NCBI GenBank assembly: GCA_002245135.1
Contig: NGBS01000590.1
Span: 1-64,000 of the forward strand
Direction: 5' to 3'
Length of the DNA: 64,000 nt
Origin: Proteromonas lacertae
Taxonomy: Eukaryota
The position numbers and the translations under genes are program-made. Below are positions 27,261 through 42,600 of this stretch, one piece after another (the stretch's first letter is position 1; each line of letters begins with the position of its first letter). The notes beneath the pieces are model-generated. The model ran no database searches, was not told the origin of the DNA, and was given only the letters and a program-made list of their open reading frames with translations.

Positions 27261-30200
27261 ATGGAATCTGAAGCGAAGGAGCAGCAATTCAAGTAATAGA
27301 GATGATGGTGGTGTTAAATATAAAGTATTTTCTATTGGTTTAATATGTTTAGATACCTGAATGGAAGACCTATGTGGTAATGTATGATATGCAAGATAGT
27401 CATGATCCAAAATTAAAGAGATTGTTGAAAAAATATAGCACAGAAATGATTGAAAATATAAATGGACATAAAACTCCAAGATCTGTTGGAAATTTTGTTC
27501 TAATAGATAGAGAATGCATAGATCCTGATAATACACGAAGTGCAGAACGAAAAGCAGATATTTTATCAACAATAATAGAAAATGACAGAAGAACTCATTT
27601 TGGTGAAGAAGAACTGTTACCTTATGAACAACCACCTGAATCTCCTGCAGACCAAAAAAAGAAAAAAGGAAAATCATCAGCACCACCAGCTAAATCAAAG
27701 ACATCCAAAAAAGGAAAAGATGAATCAAAATCACCTCCTAAATCTCCAAAAATGAATAAAAAATCAAAATCAGATAATCAGCCAGAGCTTGAAAATGCAA
27801 ATCAAACTAATGAAACACAACAACCAGAAGAAAATGAAAATAAAAATGAAAAAAATGAAGAAGATATTTTATTCCCATACAATGAAATTGAAGATAAACC
27901 ATATGTTCCAGATAGAATATTTATATTAACAAATTACCCACAAAATGAAGAAGAATATAATGAATTAGTAAAACGACATTTATTACAAGCGATTTTATAT
28001 TTAACAGAACCACGAAGGGTAGTTAATTCAACAATAGTTCCACAATCAATTCCAATGATTCAAGTAGATGAATTTGATTTTAATTTAAGTGAAAAGAATA
28101 TAATAAAAACTATTAGAAATAATGAGAATAATAATTTTATAACAAATATACAAGAAATTCCAGAAATCAATTATCAATTAGATCAAAAAGATGATATTCC
28201 AATAGAAGAAGAAAAAACAGAAGAAGAATTGAAACAAGAGGAAGAAGAAAGACTTCGAAAGGAAGAAGAAGAAAGACAAAGAATAGAAGAAGAAGAACGA
28301 AAGAAGAAAGAAGAAGAAGAAGAAGCTGAACAAGAAAAATCAAAGAAAAGAAAAAGTGTAGCAAAAGATAAAAAAGGAAAAACTAAAGAAATAGAAACAC
28401 CTGAAATTGATATTGCCGAAGAAATGAGAAAGAAAATTGGAATATTTGTACAACCAACTAAAATTACACCATCTTTTATGTTATCTACAATAATAAAATG
28501 TTATTATGATAATATAAGTAATGAAGATTATAGAAATATGATATTTTTACAATTTCCAGTTGATAAATCGTTAGAAATAGAAAAACAAGCAAGATCATAT
28601 GATGAAATTGATATGTAATAGTGGAATGCAATATTATAAATATCAAAAATGGAGATTTGAATTACCCATGTTTCTATCTGCTACAAGTGTAAGTGATAAT
28701 AATAATAAAGATGAAAATCTGAATAATGAAAATCCAAATGAAGAAGAAAATAAGAAAAATGATACAAAAGGAAAGAAAGAAGATAAATCACCAGCTGGTA
28801 AAGGTAAAAAAGGGAAAAAGGGAAAAGAAGAACCAATAGAAGAAGAAAAACCACCAGAAATAATAGAAGAAAAGAAAGAAGATGAAAATGAAAAGAAAGA
28901 AGAAGAAAAACCACCTGAGAATATTCTAGAAACAAGAGTATATAAAATATACCAAGATTATAATTCAAGAATAAAGTTTCATTATAATGATTTAATAACC
29001 TTAATGATTACAATGATCGATAGTGTAGCATATGAATGTATTGATAAAGCAATGGATTTACAATTACATCCACCTCCAGTAGAAGAACAAGAAACAAATC
29101 CAACAGAAAATGAAGAAAATAAACAAAATGAAGAAAAGAAAGAAGAAGAAGAACCTACAGTTGAAGTTGTAGAAGAAGAAGAAGAAGATGGAAAGAAAGG
29201 GAAAAAAGGGAAAGATAAAAAAACACCAGCCAAAACACCTAAAGCACCAGCAAAAGATAAAAAAAGAGAAAGCAAAATAGGTAAAAAAGGAAAGAAAGGA
29301 CAAGAAGAAGAAGAAGAAAATAAAGAAGAAGAAAAACTACAGATTCCAGTGATAAGAGCTCCTCCTCCATTAGAACCAGCTAAACCTGTACCACCATTAC
29401 CACCAGAGACACAAATGTGGAGAACACCAGAAAATATATTAAAATCATATTCAAATTTAAAACCAGATGAATCTGTAATAAATTTACTATCAAATGAACA
29501 TATAGACTATAATCAAAAGAGTAAAACAATATATGAAAGAAATGAAATATTGAAATTAATAATTGAATGTAATTTAGATGTGAGAGAAAATGGATTGAAC
29601 TATTATAACTTATATGGAAATAATTACTTAGAAAAAATCACATCATTGATAGATTCATTACCAATTCCTGGATTTTCATTAGAAAATTTCCCTCCAGAAG
29701 ATGTAAGAATAGATAGAGAGAAATTAAATATATATTTTACAAAACTCCATTATTATTCTGATTATCCAATTAATGAATTAAGAATGAATGATTTAATATT
29801 ACAATTTGAAGATTATATTAATATAATCGATCCAAATGCGAAAGAAATATGGAAGTTTAATAATCGAAGATATATCGAATATTTAGATGAACAATGTCTT
29901 AAACAAACAATCAATGAATTATATAAACATCCATTATCAATCTATTTGAAATATTTGCCTCAATATGATCTATTATTACTATTAAATCATTATAATACTC
30001 CTCATAGTCGATTTACTGTAATTAAAGATACAACACTTCCATTTGATGATTCTCATTTACCTACATTCCAACAATATTATAATTACATATTAGAAAATTC
30101 ACAAGGAAATGAAGAAGCAATAGTTCCAATTAAAAGTCATATAGTAACAACAACAGGTGAAGATTTACCAATTGATCCAGAACAACAACAATTACATGAA

Positions 30201-33128
30201 CATAAATTTATATTTCCATCTGATCATAGTTTAATCGAATTCCAACCGAAAAGAATCAATGTTTCTTATTATAACTTTAATTTTGGCTTAAAACCAACCA
30301 ATGAAAAGACAATGGAACATATAGTAAGTAAAGAAGAACCAAAATATGAAACTCTTTCATCTTTTTATATGAACTTCAATGAAGGTAGTTCATTATATTA
30401 TCAAGCTGGTTATCCAATGCCTGGAAAGAATGATGGATATGATAGTATATTAATGACTTACAATGAAATGAATGGAAATGAATATGATGTATATAGTCAT
30501 GGAATGATTAATATAAACAGTATTAGAGGTAAAGATGAATTGAATGAATATTGTCGACAATGGTGTGGAAATGGAGATATGATTGTTTATTATTATTATA
30601 AAGAACCAGAAGTTGAAGGAGAAGTAAAAGAAGATGAGACAAAAGAAGAAGTGAAAGAGGAGGTAAAGGAGGAGGTAAAAGAAGAAGTGAAAGAAGAAGT
30701 GAATAAAGAAGAAAATGAAAATAAAGAAGGAGAACAAACTACAGAAACAACAGGAGAAGAAGAAGAAGAAGAAGGACAACAACAAGATCCTCAGCCAAAT
30801 GAAGAAGAGAAAGAGAAAGAAGAAAATAAGCCAAAATTCTCCAAGATGATATATCATTATGATGGAAGTGTCACAATAGATGATCCATTACAAGAATTAA
30901 CAGTATATGAAAGTGGAGAGCAATATTTAATAGTAAAAGAAACAGGAGAAGAAGGTGAAATAGACCCAATTGAAGTATTTGAATATGATGATGACGAAAA
31001 TAACTGTAAGATAATAGCAAGACAAAATATATTTGGTGAATCTTTATCAATTGAATATATAAATGAAAATATAGTGAGAACTATCTATCATGATGGAACA
31101 AATATATTCTTTGATAAAAAGAAAGATATGAAATATTATTACCATCCATTTTATGGCACTGTAATATTGTATAATGATCACAATGAAGTATGTTTAAAAC
31201 ATCAAAATGGTATTAAATGCCCAATGAATTTAAGTGGAATAAATCCTCGATATAAGTGTTATACTTTAGATGGAACATTATTAAGAATGAATTATGACAC
31301 AAGAGTAATAGCGAAATATAATGGAGTATTAGAATGTTTAAGATATGATAAAACATTAATCAAAGGAAATGATGGTGGATTAATAGAAGTAATATATGGG
31401 AAGAATAATCGACCATCTTATGAAAATGATAATAGTAATAAAGAAGAAGAAGAAAATGAAAATGTTCCACCTAGTGCTAGAGAACAATCTGATCATACCA
31501 TAGGTAATTATATATTTAATTTCAACGAAGGATATATGGATTTCCATGATCCAGAATATAATCATTATCATATTGATTATAATGGTGAACATATAGTAGA
31601 ATTGACTGGTATATTGAGTGGTTGTGTTACAGAAACATGGATAGATAATCCATTACAACCACAATTGTTTATATTAAAGAGAGATGGAAGTGGTTATGAA
31701 TTGTTAAGAAATAATGATATAGAAGAATATAAACGAAGTGTTGAATACCACAGTAATTGTCAGAAAAGGATTGATAGTGATGTTTGTATAGAAAGTGGTG
31801 AAATTGGTAAGAATAAGTCAATAACATATGAATGGGAGTTAGGTGTAGATAGAGATGAGTTGTATGAAGTATATAATAAATGTAAATTACCAATAAAAAT
31901 CCGTTATTATGAAAATATGAGAATAGATCATCCATTTACCTATAAGATATATAGAACATTCTATGAAATAAATCCATTTGATGAAAATGACAGAAATCAT
32001 TTGAAAAATATAATCAATGAATATCGTGAACATATGCAAAAGATTGAGAATGATTATATAAAATATACAGTTGATATTCCTGAAGAAAAAGATGAAAATA
32101 AAACTAATGAAATATCATTAAAAATCCAATCAGTTAGAAAGAAAAGAGCGAAGCATTTAAGACATGAAGAAAAGAGAAAAGAAAGAGAAGAAAAAATGAA
32201 ATTGAAAAATGAAAGAAAAAGTATGTTGGAACAAAAAGCTAAAGAAGAATATCAAGAGAAAATCAGAAAATCACAAATGTGGACTAGTCCGCTTCAAAGT
32301 ACTTCAGTAAGTCAAGATGGAAGTAGAATGTTAAATAGTCAAGCAATTAAAGAAGAAGATGAAGAAGGAGAAGGTATTATAAATAAAGAAAACAGTTCAA
32401 TGTTATTATCAGATGGAAAGAGTAAAAGAGTTGTTAATAGTGATAATAATTATTGGAAATCTGGAATATCACCAAGTGTTGATAGTTTACCATCTGAAGA
32501 GAGATTTAAGAATAGCAGTAATAATGATGATGATGAAGAAGATAAAGATAAACATGTGAAACCATTTGATGGTACAGTAATGAAAGAGAATAATGATAAA
32601 AAAGCAGATTCTTCAGAAGAAGAAGAAGATGATGATGATGAAATATTACCATCAGTTGCATCATCATCTTCATTCTCCAATAGAAATTTGAGAAATAATA
32701 CAAATCGACCTGAAAGAATCAATTCATCTGACGAATTAAATGAATTAAGAACTCACAGCAGTAGAAGAATAAAAGATCGATTAGTAAATGGAGAGATACA
32801 AGAAATATCTGATTTTATTTTTGATAAATATGAAATTGATTTTGGTAAAATTAAAGTTAATAGTATAGCAAATGAATGTTTTATTGCTCAGAATGTTGGT
32901 TATTTGAGTTATAGATTGAGAGTTGATCATCCGAAACAGATAGCTAATCATAAGAGAGATGAAAATTATTTGACTTGGAGTTTAGACAGTACAAAAGCTT
33001 CTCCAGGAATGAAAATACATTTGAAAGTGAAATTAGTTGCAAATTGTGTTTGTAGTTTTAATGATTATGTTGAAGTTGTTAGTACTCATTCAAGATTTCA
33101 TTTAATAGTAAAAGCAGAAATAGTTTAA
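27261..33128 (+). CDS. SPAG17: SPAG17/PF6-like central-pair projection protein (~1900 aa; indel near 28610)
   Basis: K/E-rich low-complexity blocks, DG-turn beta repeats, PQLFILKRDGSGYELL motif, and a C-terminal PapD/ASH-like domain (IDFG...QNVG...PGMK). Confidence 0.75.
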
Positions 33129-33568
33129 TTAACTAAAATATTTTTATTTGTTTTATACCAGGGTTGGATGGGTTTGATATATTTGACTCTCCTCATTGCA
33201 ATTTAAAAAGTATTCTTTTGATAAGAACAATCTTGCGTAATAATTTATAGTCCAAAATAAGTGTGGATGAATGGCTATATAGATTAGATTATAATATCTA
33301 GAATATGGGAGAAATGACATTTTGCCAAAATAATCTGAAGTTATACTACATTTCTGAAACTATTTTTTTTATGTTGATGCTATCTATCAACATTTTTATT
33401 CGTTTTTAATACCATAAAACCATCAAATATACATTTAAATATATTAGAGATTTATCCCCTTTCAATAACTCAAATATGAAACGATGGATAGAAGCAAAAG
33501 CTGTATAACAAGTTTATAATATGATTTAGTTTTACTTAATATTTTATAAATTATTAACTATTACTGAA

Positions 33569-35692
33569 TTAATCTTTATGAGAAACTGATAATAATTCAA
33601 GTGAAGTGTTTTGGTATAATAATTCAGCATATGTATATAATGGATAAGGTAAATCTTTAACAAGTAAAACAGGAGATGAATTATTATGACTTATCCAAAA
33701 TTCTCTTTTATTCATATCAACAATCACTTCATAAATTGAACCATCTCCATGATTATTGAAATGAGGATTTGAAGTAACAACTCTTCCAATATGACAATAA
33801 TAAGTAATATCTTTACTTTTACCATAACGTGCATAATAATTACATGTTGTTGATTGATAATGAATATCATAACCAGAATATGTATTATTAGTTGATAATC
33901 CTAACATCATATCATTATATTTATTTCCATTTTGATAAAATTGATATTTGATATGATAAACTCCATTTTCCATTTTCAAATTCAAATAACAATGATTCCA
34001 CCATTCATCTGTATTTGTTATTAATTTTCCATTATCTGATACTTCTATTTCATCACTTTTGTTTAATTCTATGAATTTTATATCATCAAATTCTAATGAT
34101 ATTTTGAATTTCTTTTCATTTAGAATATTCTTACAGATTATTTCATATTCTCTCTTTTCCATTTCTTTATTCACTTTTCCATCAATTATTCCACTCTCTT
34201 TATTTAACATTAAACCATCAGATAATGAAGGATTGATTGAAAATTCACATCGATTTCCAGCAAATGAAGGAGTTATTGATATTTCTTCATAAACACTATA
34301 TGAATATTCTGATTGAGGATATGAAAATGATGTGATTTCTTTTGTTTTTAATTCACTCAATAATTCTTTGTCTTTCATTATTTTTATCATTTCTTCTTCT
34401 TCTTCAAAACTCAATTTATTCTCTTTTATATATTCTATTAATATATCTTTGGACTTTGAATTTAAACAATTATCTTCATTCAATATTCTAAAAAGAATCT
34501 CTTTTCCACATATTTCTTCTATTATTGAAATATTCTTTTTATCATCAACAAACAAACATAAACATTTCATTGTTCGATTTCTTTTATTCTCATTGTATTC
34601 CATACATAATCTATCCAATAGATTTCTCTTTTCGATATTTGAGATATATTCTATTTATATATATTTTTAGTATTTATACTTTCCTTTTTCATATTTTTAT
34701 ATTTCATTATCATCAATACTATTTCCATCATTTTTATATTATTCATTTCTAATATACACATTATTTCATCATTCAATTCTTCTTCTTTTATTCTATCCAA
34801 TATTCTTTTTTCTTCTTCATTAAAGTCTTCTTCTTCATTATCTTCATTGTAATTGTTGATTATTACATTTTGAATTCTCTCATCTTTTATTAAATATATT
34901 TCTATATGATTTTTACATTCATTTTTCTTTAATTCTATTTTCATTTCTTTCAACATTTCTTTATTCTCTTTTTCTATCTCATTCTCTTTTATCTTTTCAC
35001 AATCGATATCTTCTTCTATCAATTGCTTAAAATCATCTTCTATCTCTTTATTATCATTGTTATTCTTTTGGAATTTATACCATTCTAATAAGCGATTTAA
35101 TAACCATAACTCATTCACTATTATCACATCTTTCATATTTAATATCTCAATCAAATTATTCATTTCTAATCTCAACAAATATTCATTCTTATATAAATAT
35201 TTATATCCTCGCTTTTCTATTTCCATATTTTTCAAGTCTTCTATCTCTCTCAAACATCCACCAAATACATTAAAAATATGAATTAATTTCATTAATACTT
35301 CATCATCTATATTATTCTTCATAAATTCATAACAATTATTTATTATCTCTTTTTCACAATAACATAAACAAAACATCAACACTTCACATACACTCTCTTT
35401 ACAGATTATCAATTCACCACCACTGTAGTATTTCTCCATCTCATAATAGCCAATTTCTTCGATTTCTTCATATAACTCTAAAACTCCAACAAACTCACGA
35501 TCTAACAACAGTTTCTTTAATGTTTCATTTCCATTCACTAAAATTGACTTGATTGACATTATTTGATTATCTCCAATCTTCACTTCTATATCACCAAAAC
35601 CACTTTCAACCAATTTTCGACATAATCTATCATAAAAATAAATATAAAATATACCCATTATCTCTTATGCTTTTATTCACTTTTATTATCAT
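33569..35692 (-). CDS. BTB/BACK-like plus single He_PIG-like Ig plus SPRY-like domain protein
   Basis: N-terminal FGDIEVKIG..IKSIL is BTB-like; VNELWLLNRLLEW is BACK-like; FSYP...LSDGLMLNKESGIIDG is the Ig unit; MMLGL...GDGSIYEVIVDMNKREFWISHN...LPYPLY is SPRY-like. Confidence 0.65.
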
Positions 35693-36601
35693 CTTTATGT
35701 AAATATAAAACAAAAATAACGAAATTGAATTTTTATCAAAATTTTGAATAACCCAAAAATTAAAATGTGATTTAATTCAATTGCAGAAGGTGTGATAAAG
35801 ACAATAATACTCAATTATGATTTATTTATGCACATTGCCTATGATATGATGATATAAATGATGAATAGTAAGTGAGAGTGTTAGTTAGTGTTATTGAAAG
35901 TGAAATGTAATGTAAATATCTCATTGATGGTTATTAATATTTTTAATGAATTGGATGTTAATAGAAGATATAAGAGATATAGATTGAAAATTTAGGTTGT
36001 AGTGCAATAAAAAATGTTTGTAGAGTGTATGATGTAACATCGGTAGAACTATCTAATGATGATGAAACAATAGTAGTTGCAGTTGTTATTCCAGTAACGA
36101 AGAAATAAGCATAAAATGTTATGAATATTGCTTAAGTAATAAAAACAATAAATTTATATGACGAAGAAGATAAATAAAGTGATTATACTATAAAAGAAGA
36201 ATGTTTACTCAATTTGTAGTAATTAGAAGTCAAGTATTTATTTATATTTGTTATTATCTTTCCATTATTTGAAATTGATATTCCATTACTTTAGTTTAAT
36301 TCTGTGAATTTTATTGGTTTTAAACGATTTTTTAAATCATTAATTGTTTATTATGCATTTGGACTTCTTTTTGCACATTAGTTATCAGTTTTATTATTAT
36401 CTCCCAATTGGCACTTGCATTTTTATTGCTAAATGGAAAGTAGCGTTTATCCATGTTTATGTAAAAAGAAAATCAAATTTACAGAAAGAATATATGTCAA
36501 GCTTTTGAATTGAGCTTGAATCTATTCTTTTCATTTATTCTTTTTTAAACCAACAAATAAACACATAAAACGTAAATAAAAAATGTAATGACATAGAAAA
36601 A

Positions 36602-39600
36602 TTAATTAAAAGCTAAATTAGGAACGTATTGTTTTCTAAAATCAATTCTGAAGTTTGGATACTTATAAACCATATCTAACACCCTATTATAATTAACATG
36701 TGAATGACCTGTCACTAATCCATCGTTTAGTTCAATCCAATATTTATCAACAACATCTTTCTTTAATTTAGGTTGCATTAAACACATCAATACAGAAAAT
36801 TGATCATAGTCAATCAAATGTTCATCTTCGTCTTTATTAACAAATAGTCTTCTATAAGATTTTATAAAATACTCTTTAAACTTCATTTCTAAGGTAGAAT
36901 ATAGATTTATCATTACCATTATAAAACTCATCCTTTCTATCTTATATTTACCGACTATCAAATATTTATCACTTATACCACTTAAAATAGTGAAATAATT
37001 TCTTATTATTTCATACCTTTTTTGACTTAATATTGAATCTACTTGGCTTTCTTCACTATTTGAAATTAATATTTTTATTAAGCTTTCTTCAGTCATTGGA
37101 TGTAATTCTCCTATCATTGTTCTATACACAAATAAACACCTAACTAAATCAAATTTCTCATAAACAATTCCTTTTTCTTTTTCTCTTTCTATATCAACTC
37201 CTATATTGCTTGTATTTAATAGATTATAACATTTTAAGAATATTTCCAATAGATTATTATTATATAATCTTTTTAAGAAACGGTAAAATAGATCAAAACC
37301 AATATAATCGTTTCTATATTTATCTAATGATTTTATAAAACATAATAATGTCAAATGAATTGGTTGGACTTTTCCATACTTCTGTAATAAATAAAACAAT
37401 GTAAAATCACTCAATTCAACCTTTACTTCATTATTCACTTTAGTTTTCATATACAATTTATTATAAGCATTCCATATTTGATAAACTAATAATATACTTT
37501 TAGACATTGAATATTCTTTAATATTCTCATAATTTGTTTTTAATTTCTTTAAACTAATTTCAAATAAATCACATAAATCTTCAAATATTTCATGATTATT
37601 ATCATTCTCATTCGTATTCTCATTGATTGATTTTGTATTCTCTTTTTCTACAATTGATAATGTTGATTCTAATGTCAAAGTACAATTATTTAAATCTAAA
37701 AGTATCTCCTTGATTATTTTCACTGTTATTATTATTATTATTATTTTCTTCTTCTTTCACCGTTATTGGAATTCTATTCTCATAATAGTTTGTATATGCT
37801 TTTAGTTTACTTTCTAAACTCTCAATTTTAGTTTCCATTTCAGCAATTTTCTTATTCTTTTCATATAATTTATTCACTAATTTCTTTTCTCGTAAAGCTT
37901 CACTAATTGCATCTCCTGTCGTTTCTATTACCTTATTATTATTATTTTTACTTTTGTTATTATTGCCTGTTTCTTCTAACACATTATTCTCTGATTTTTG
38001 TATTTGTATTAATGCTTTCTTCTTTTGCATTAATTTGTATAATGTTGAATTCATATAGCCAGGATTATTCTTCATATCATTTTCATTCATATGTTTCACT
38101 TCAATCTTAAACTCTTTATCTTTCTTTTCTTTCACTTCTCCTTCTATATCTTCCTTTTCTTCATCAACTTCTGGAGTATTATTAAATGGTAAAGATCCTT
38201 TCATCTTTTGCATCTTTGTATTAACATTATTATTCTTATCTTTAATTATTGTTTCACTCACTTTTATATCTCCTGTTCTATTCATTCTCTTCTTTGGACT
38301 TTTTGGAGGTAAACCATTGGGAGATGATGTAACTGACGATTCACTAAACACTTCGCCAACTTCAGTAATTGGATGAATAATTGAACTTAATCTTCTATGA
38401 TTTTCACTATCATTATATCTCTGTTTTATTTTATTTATCATTAGTTTCTGACTATCTGATTGGTCTGGTAATACAACATCATAATCATATATATTACTTG
38501 TTCTACTTAATCTTCTCTTACTATTATTATTATTATTGTTACCTACCATACTCTTTCTAAGGATTCTGTGATGTATTTTCTTTGGTTTTGGTGGAGGACA
38601 AACATTTTCAGATGGTTTGTATTTAATAGGAAAATGAGTCGAAACTAATTTACCACCATCATCATATATAAATGAATTATCTTTATATTGTCTATAACTA
38701 AGTGGAATGATAATGTCATAATTATAATTACTAGCATTATCTTCACTTCGAGAAAAGTCATGTAATTCACTAAATGTAGATAAATAAGATTCTCTACGAT
38801 GAGAAGGTGAAGATAATAAGGACGTTAATGATTGATATAAGTCATTATATCTTTCTTGTTTTAATAATCTGCTCATTTGTGCATGTAATACACCATCTGT
38901 ATTATCTTGTACTGATGGTATATTTAATTTTCCTAAATTCTCACCTTCTTTACTGGAATATTCACTTAGATTCATTTTGTTACTGTCTGTTGTTTCAGTT
39001 GTATTTGTTGTATCTGTACTACTTTGTTGTTTTTCATTATTTTCTTCATTATTCTCTCCTTCATTATTAATATTATTTTCTTTTAATTTACTATTCTTTT
39101 CATTCTCACTGAATATCTTAATATAATCAACTTTTTCCTTCTTTCTTCTCTTCAGTTTCTTCTTTTTATTCAATGATGAGATGATTCTTCTATGTTTCTT
39201 TACTCCCTTATTATTATCATTATTTTCATTTCCTTCATTTGGCTGTTCATTTCCATTATTAGTTGGATCATAAGTTATATCAACATGATCTACACTATCT
39301 TCATCATATACATTATTCTCATCATAAACACTACTATTGTCACTGTCAGTTTCATAATAATATTCATATTCTGATTCATCATCATCATCATCATTAATAT
39401 CATTATTATTTTCTTCACTGTTATTTCCTATTCTACCAAATTCACATTTTATTTCTTCAGCTATACTCTTCACTTCACATACTAAATCTTCAGGTTTTAG
39501 TTCATATTCTTCCATTGATGATCTCCTATTACTTTTGTTATTACTATTATTAATAATTTGATGTATTGCTTGTAATCTACTCATTCTTCTAAATTGTGTT

Positions 39601-42600
39601 GGACTAATATTTTCAGGTATTTCAATATCAGGTAATTCAGATGATAAACTCTTATCCAAATTATTATTTTCATTATATGTATTTGTCCTTGGAGCAGATC
39701 GTGGTTGAGATGGTGAAATTATTTGTTGTTGGATAATTGGTGAAGTATTTACACTATTTCTCCTTGAATTACTATTACTATGTAAAGATTTGGTGGATAT
39801 CAAAGTATCTAAAGTTCCAGGTGTTGTTGAAGACACTAATAATACAGATCTTGCACTGTTATTACGTGATTCTGAATTAATTAAGTTTTTCAACTCTGCA
39901 CTTGGTTCATAGAGTGGAGTATCATTCAATATCTGCAATTCACATTGAACTGAACAATCAACACATGTTTTTGGTATTATTGGATTCATTAAGCTGTTTT
40001 TATCTGGTAATATGGATGATCTTCCTCTTGAAGTTGGTGATGATAGTGGTGAAGGTAATGGTGAAGATGAATAAAGACTACTCTTTCGATTTAATGATAA
40101 ACGACTAGTTCTTCTAAAAGAACGACGTTTTTCTAGTTGTTTCTTTTTTTAGATTTTTTATTTTTCTGTTTTTTAGATTTATTTTCTCCATTTTTATTAT
40201 TTCCTTCTTCTCCTTCTTCTCCATTATTATTATTTTCCAAATTATTCTCATCTTCTTCATCTATTGAACTAATAGATGATAACTCATCATCTAAAATAGG
40301 TAAAGTTTTTAAAGCAGATAATGCTTTCTTATACATCTCCATTTTCTCAGGTTCATCTTTATTTTTACTTACTAACAACTCCAAACTACCAATTACACTA
40401 TCTTCAGTTATTTCACCAATAGATATATCTTTCAATGAAACGAATAGTTTTTCAGTAGTTAATAATTTTTCTCTTAATACAGTACATTGATTTAATATTC
40501 CTGCCAATTTCATTACTCTTTTCATATAACCAGAATATTGTTTAACTCCTTCAGGATTGGATGAATATAACTTATTTTCTATTTGCTGTAAGAGATTTTG
40601 TATTATTTTTGTATCTTTAAACATTTCTTTGGTTTTTGGATTTGAAACTAAATTGATATTGTCACTTATTACTGGAGTTATTGTTTCTGCGATGAATTGA
40701 AACACATTATCATAAGTACCAACAGCTGTATAAAGTGATTTCAATATGATTTTATTGAATTCTTCATCAGCTTCAATGTTAAACTGTTTAAAAAACATCT
40801 TAATAATCATCAATAAATCCACAGGTTTCTTTAATTCTGAAATTTCATTTATTAGTTTATAAGAATCATCAAAATATTGACATAATAATTTCAATAATGA
40901 ACAATTATAATTACAATGATTTACCCATATTTCCATTATTGATATTTGTTTCTTAATATCATTCTGTTCAGCTGTAGTCATTGATAATGAAGAATTTGAT
41001 AACTTATCCCTCAATTGTTTCAAATACAACTTTTGACTGTACAAATCTGTATTATAAAATTTCATTATTTTCTCCAACACTTGATAACATATTTCATAAG
41101 TAATAAATCCATTTCCTTTATTATTACTATTACTACCACTTTTTCCTTTATAATTATATTTTATATCATTCCATGTATGATAAGACATATAAGTTAACAT
41201 AAAACCAGATATTAAATTACCTATATTTGTCTTATACTTTGGCTTTTTCAATTCTTCTTTATATTTTGCATTATAATCATCAAATTCGATTAAATAAGAA
41301 TCACCAACTTCTGCTTGTATTAAATCTCTCAATTCATTCTCGTCTTTGTATTCTCTATCGCTAATTAAATCAATTACTTTTGTATCAGTTCTTATTAACT
41401 ATATATATTGATAAACAAATAATAAATAAATAACTATACATTAATTGTTTCTTCAGTTGTTCCACCAAATTTCTGTGTTTCAGTTATTCTATTTTTCAAT
41501 AAATTGATATAATCATCAGGTGAATATCTTTCATTATCCAATTCAGTTCAAAAAGTCATCAATACCATTCTCTTCACCTAACGGTTTAATTATATCATTT
41601 ATCTCTTCTTTATTCTTAATCATTCCACCTATAAATGTTTCTATTGTATGAAACTCTTGCATTAGCATTGTAAAATCTCCTTCCCACACGTTTTTATTCT
41701 TAAATTTCATTGCAGTCTCCATCTTTTCTATCTCATAAAACACATTTTTACTCTTTTCTTCTAATTTTTTCTTTTCTTTATAATAACCTTCCATTGTTTT
41801 ATCTATTGATTTTATTCTTTCTTCTCTTTCTCTTGCTTCTTCTAATAATCTTTCTTTTTCTTTCTCAGTTGGATCTTTTTCTAATTCTTCTAAACAGTGA
41901 TGATATTTTTCTACTATTTCTCTATATGCAAATTTAAGTGTGTTATATAAATGCATTGATAGTTTTATTATAGTTTCATATCTTGATCTTACTCTTTCTA
42001 ATAATATTCCACGACTATCACATTCACTGTAAACTTGACGAGTTATTTCTCTTAAGACAATATTCCATAATTTGAATTCATTATATATATTTATATTATA
42101 ATCGAAATCGTATAATAATTCACTATTATATTAAATAAAAAAATAATATTATATAATTTATACTAATGATTAATATTTGGATTTTGTAGTTTATTCATTA
42201 ATGAATTTAATACTTTCTTTGATTTCTTCAACATTAATTCTAATGTTGAATTTAAAAAAGCTACTTGATCTCTTCCATTTGGATTGGCTGAGGGAAATAA
42301 AACATTTTCAAAATGAATTGATTCTTTATCACTTTTTTTCATATTATCATTTGGTCTTGGAATTATATTTGTTGGTATTGCATGTGGTTTATATATTGGT
42401 GATTTAGAGGATATATAATAGGAAGAAGGAATAAGAGACGATGGAAGTGAAGTAGAAATTGGAGGTAAATATGGATCTGTTGATTTTAATAAACTTCGAA
42501 TGAAATATTCATCATTTCCAATACGTTCTGGAATTTTTAGTGGTTTACGAGGTGAATTAGCGAATTTTGATAGACGAGAGAGTTTTATTGTGTTGTACTC

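Noticed and set aside
28167..32722. Antisense Phe/Ser/Leu-rich ORFs (also in 37600-41900, 49250-50100 and 58146-58434)
   Set aside because: They are shadows of GAA/GAT/AAT low-complexity coding sequence on the other strand or in another frame.
28599..33128. Non-standard genetic code (stop reassignment)
   Set aside because: ORFs of 900-1500 codons stay open under the standard code in very AT-rich DNA. Apparent internal stops fall in introns or at indels.
35700..36600. Possible ncRNA or transposon in the longest non-coding gap
   Set aside because: I saw no tRNA fold, convincing C/D box pair, terminal repeats or transposase remnant. An Infernal/RepeatModeler run would be needed to exclude them.
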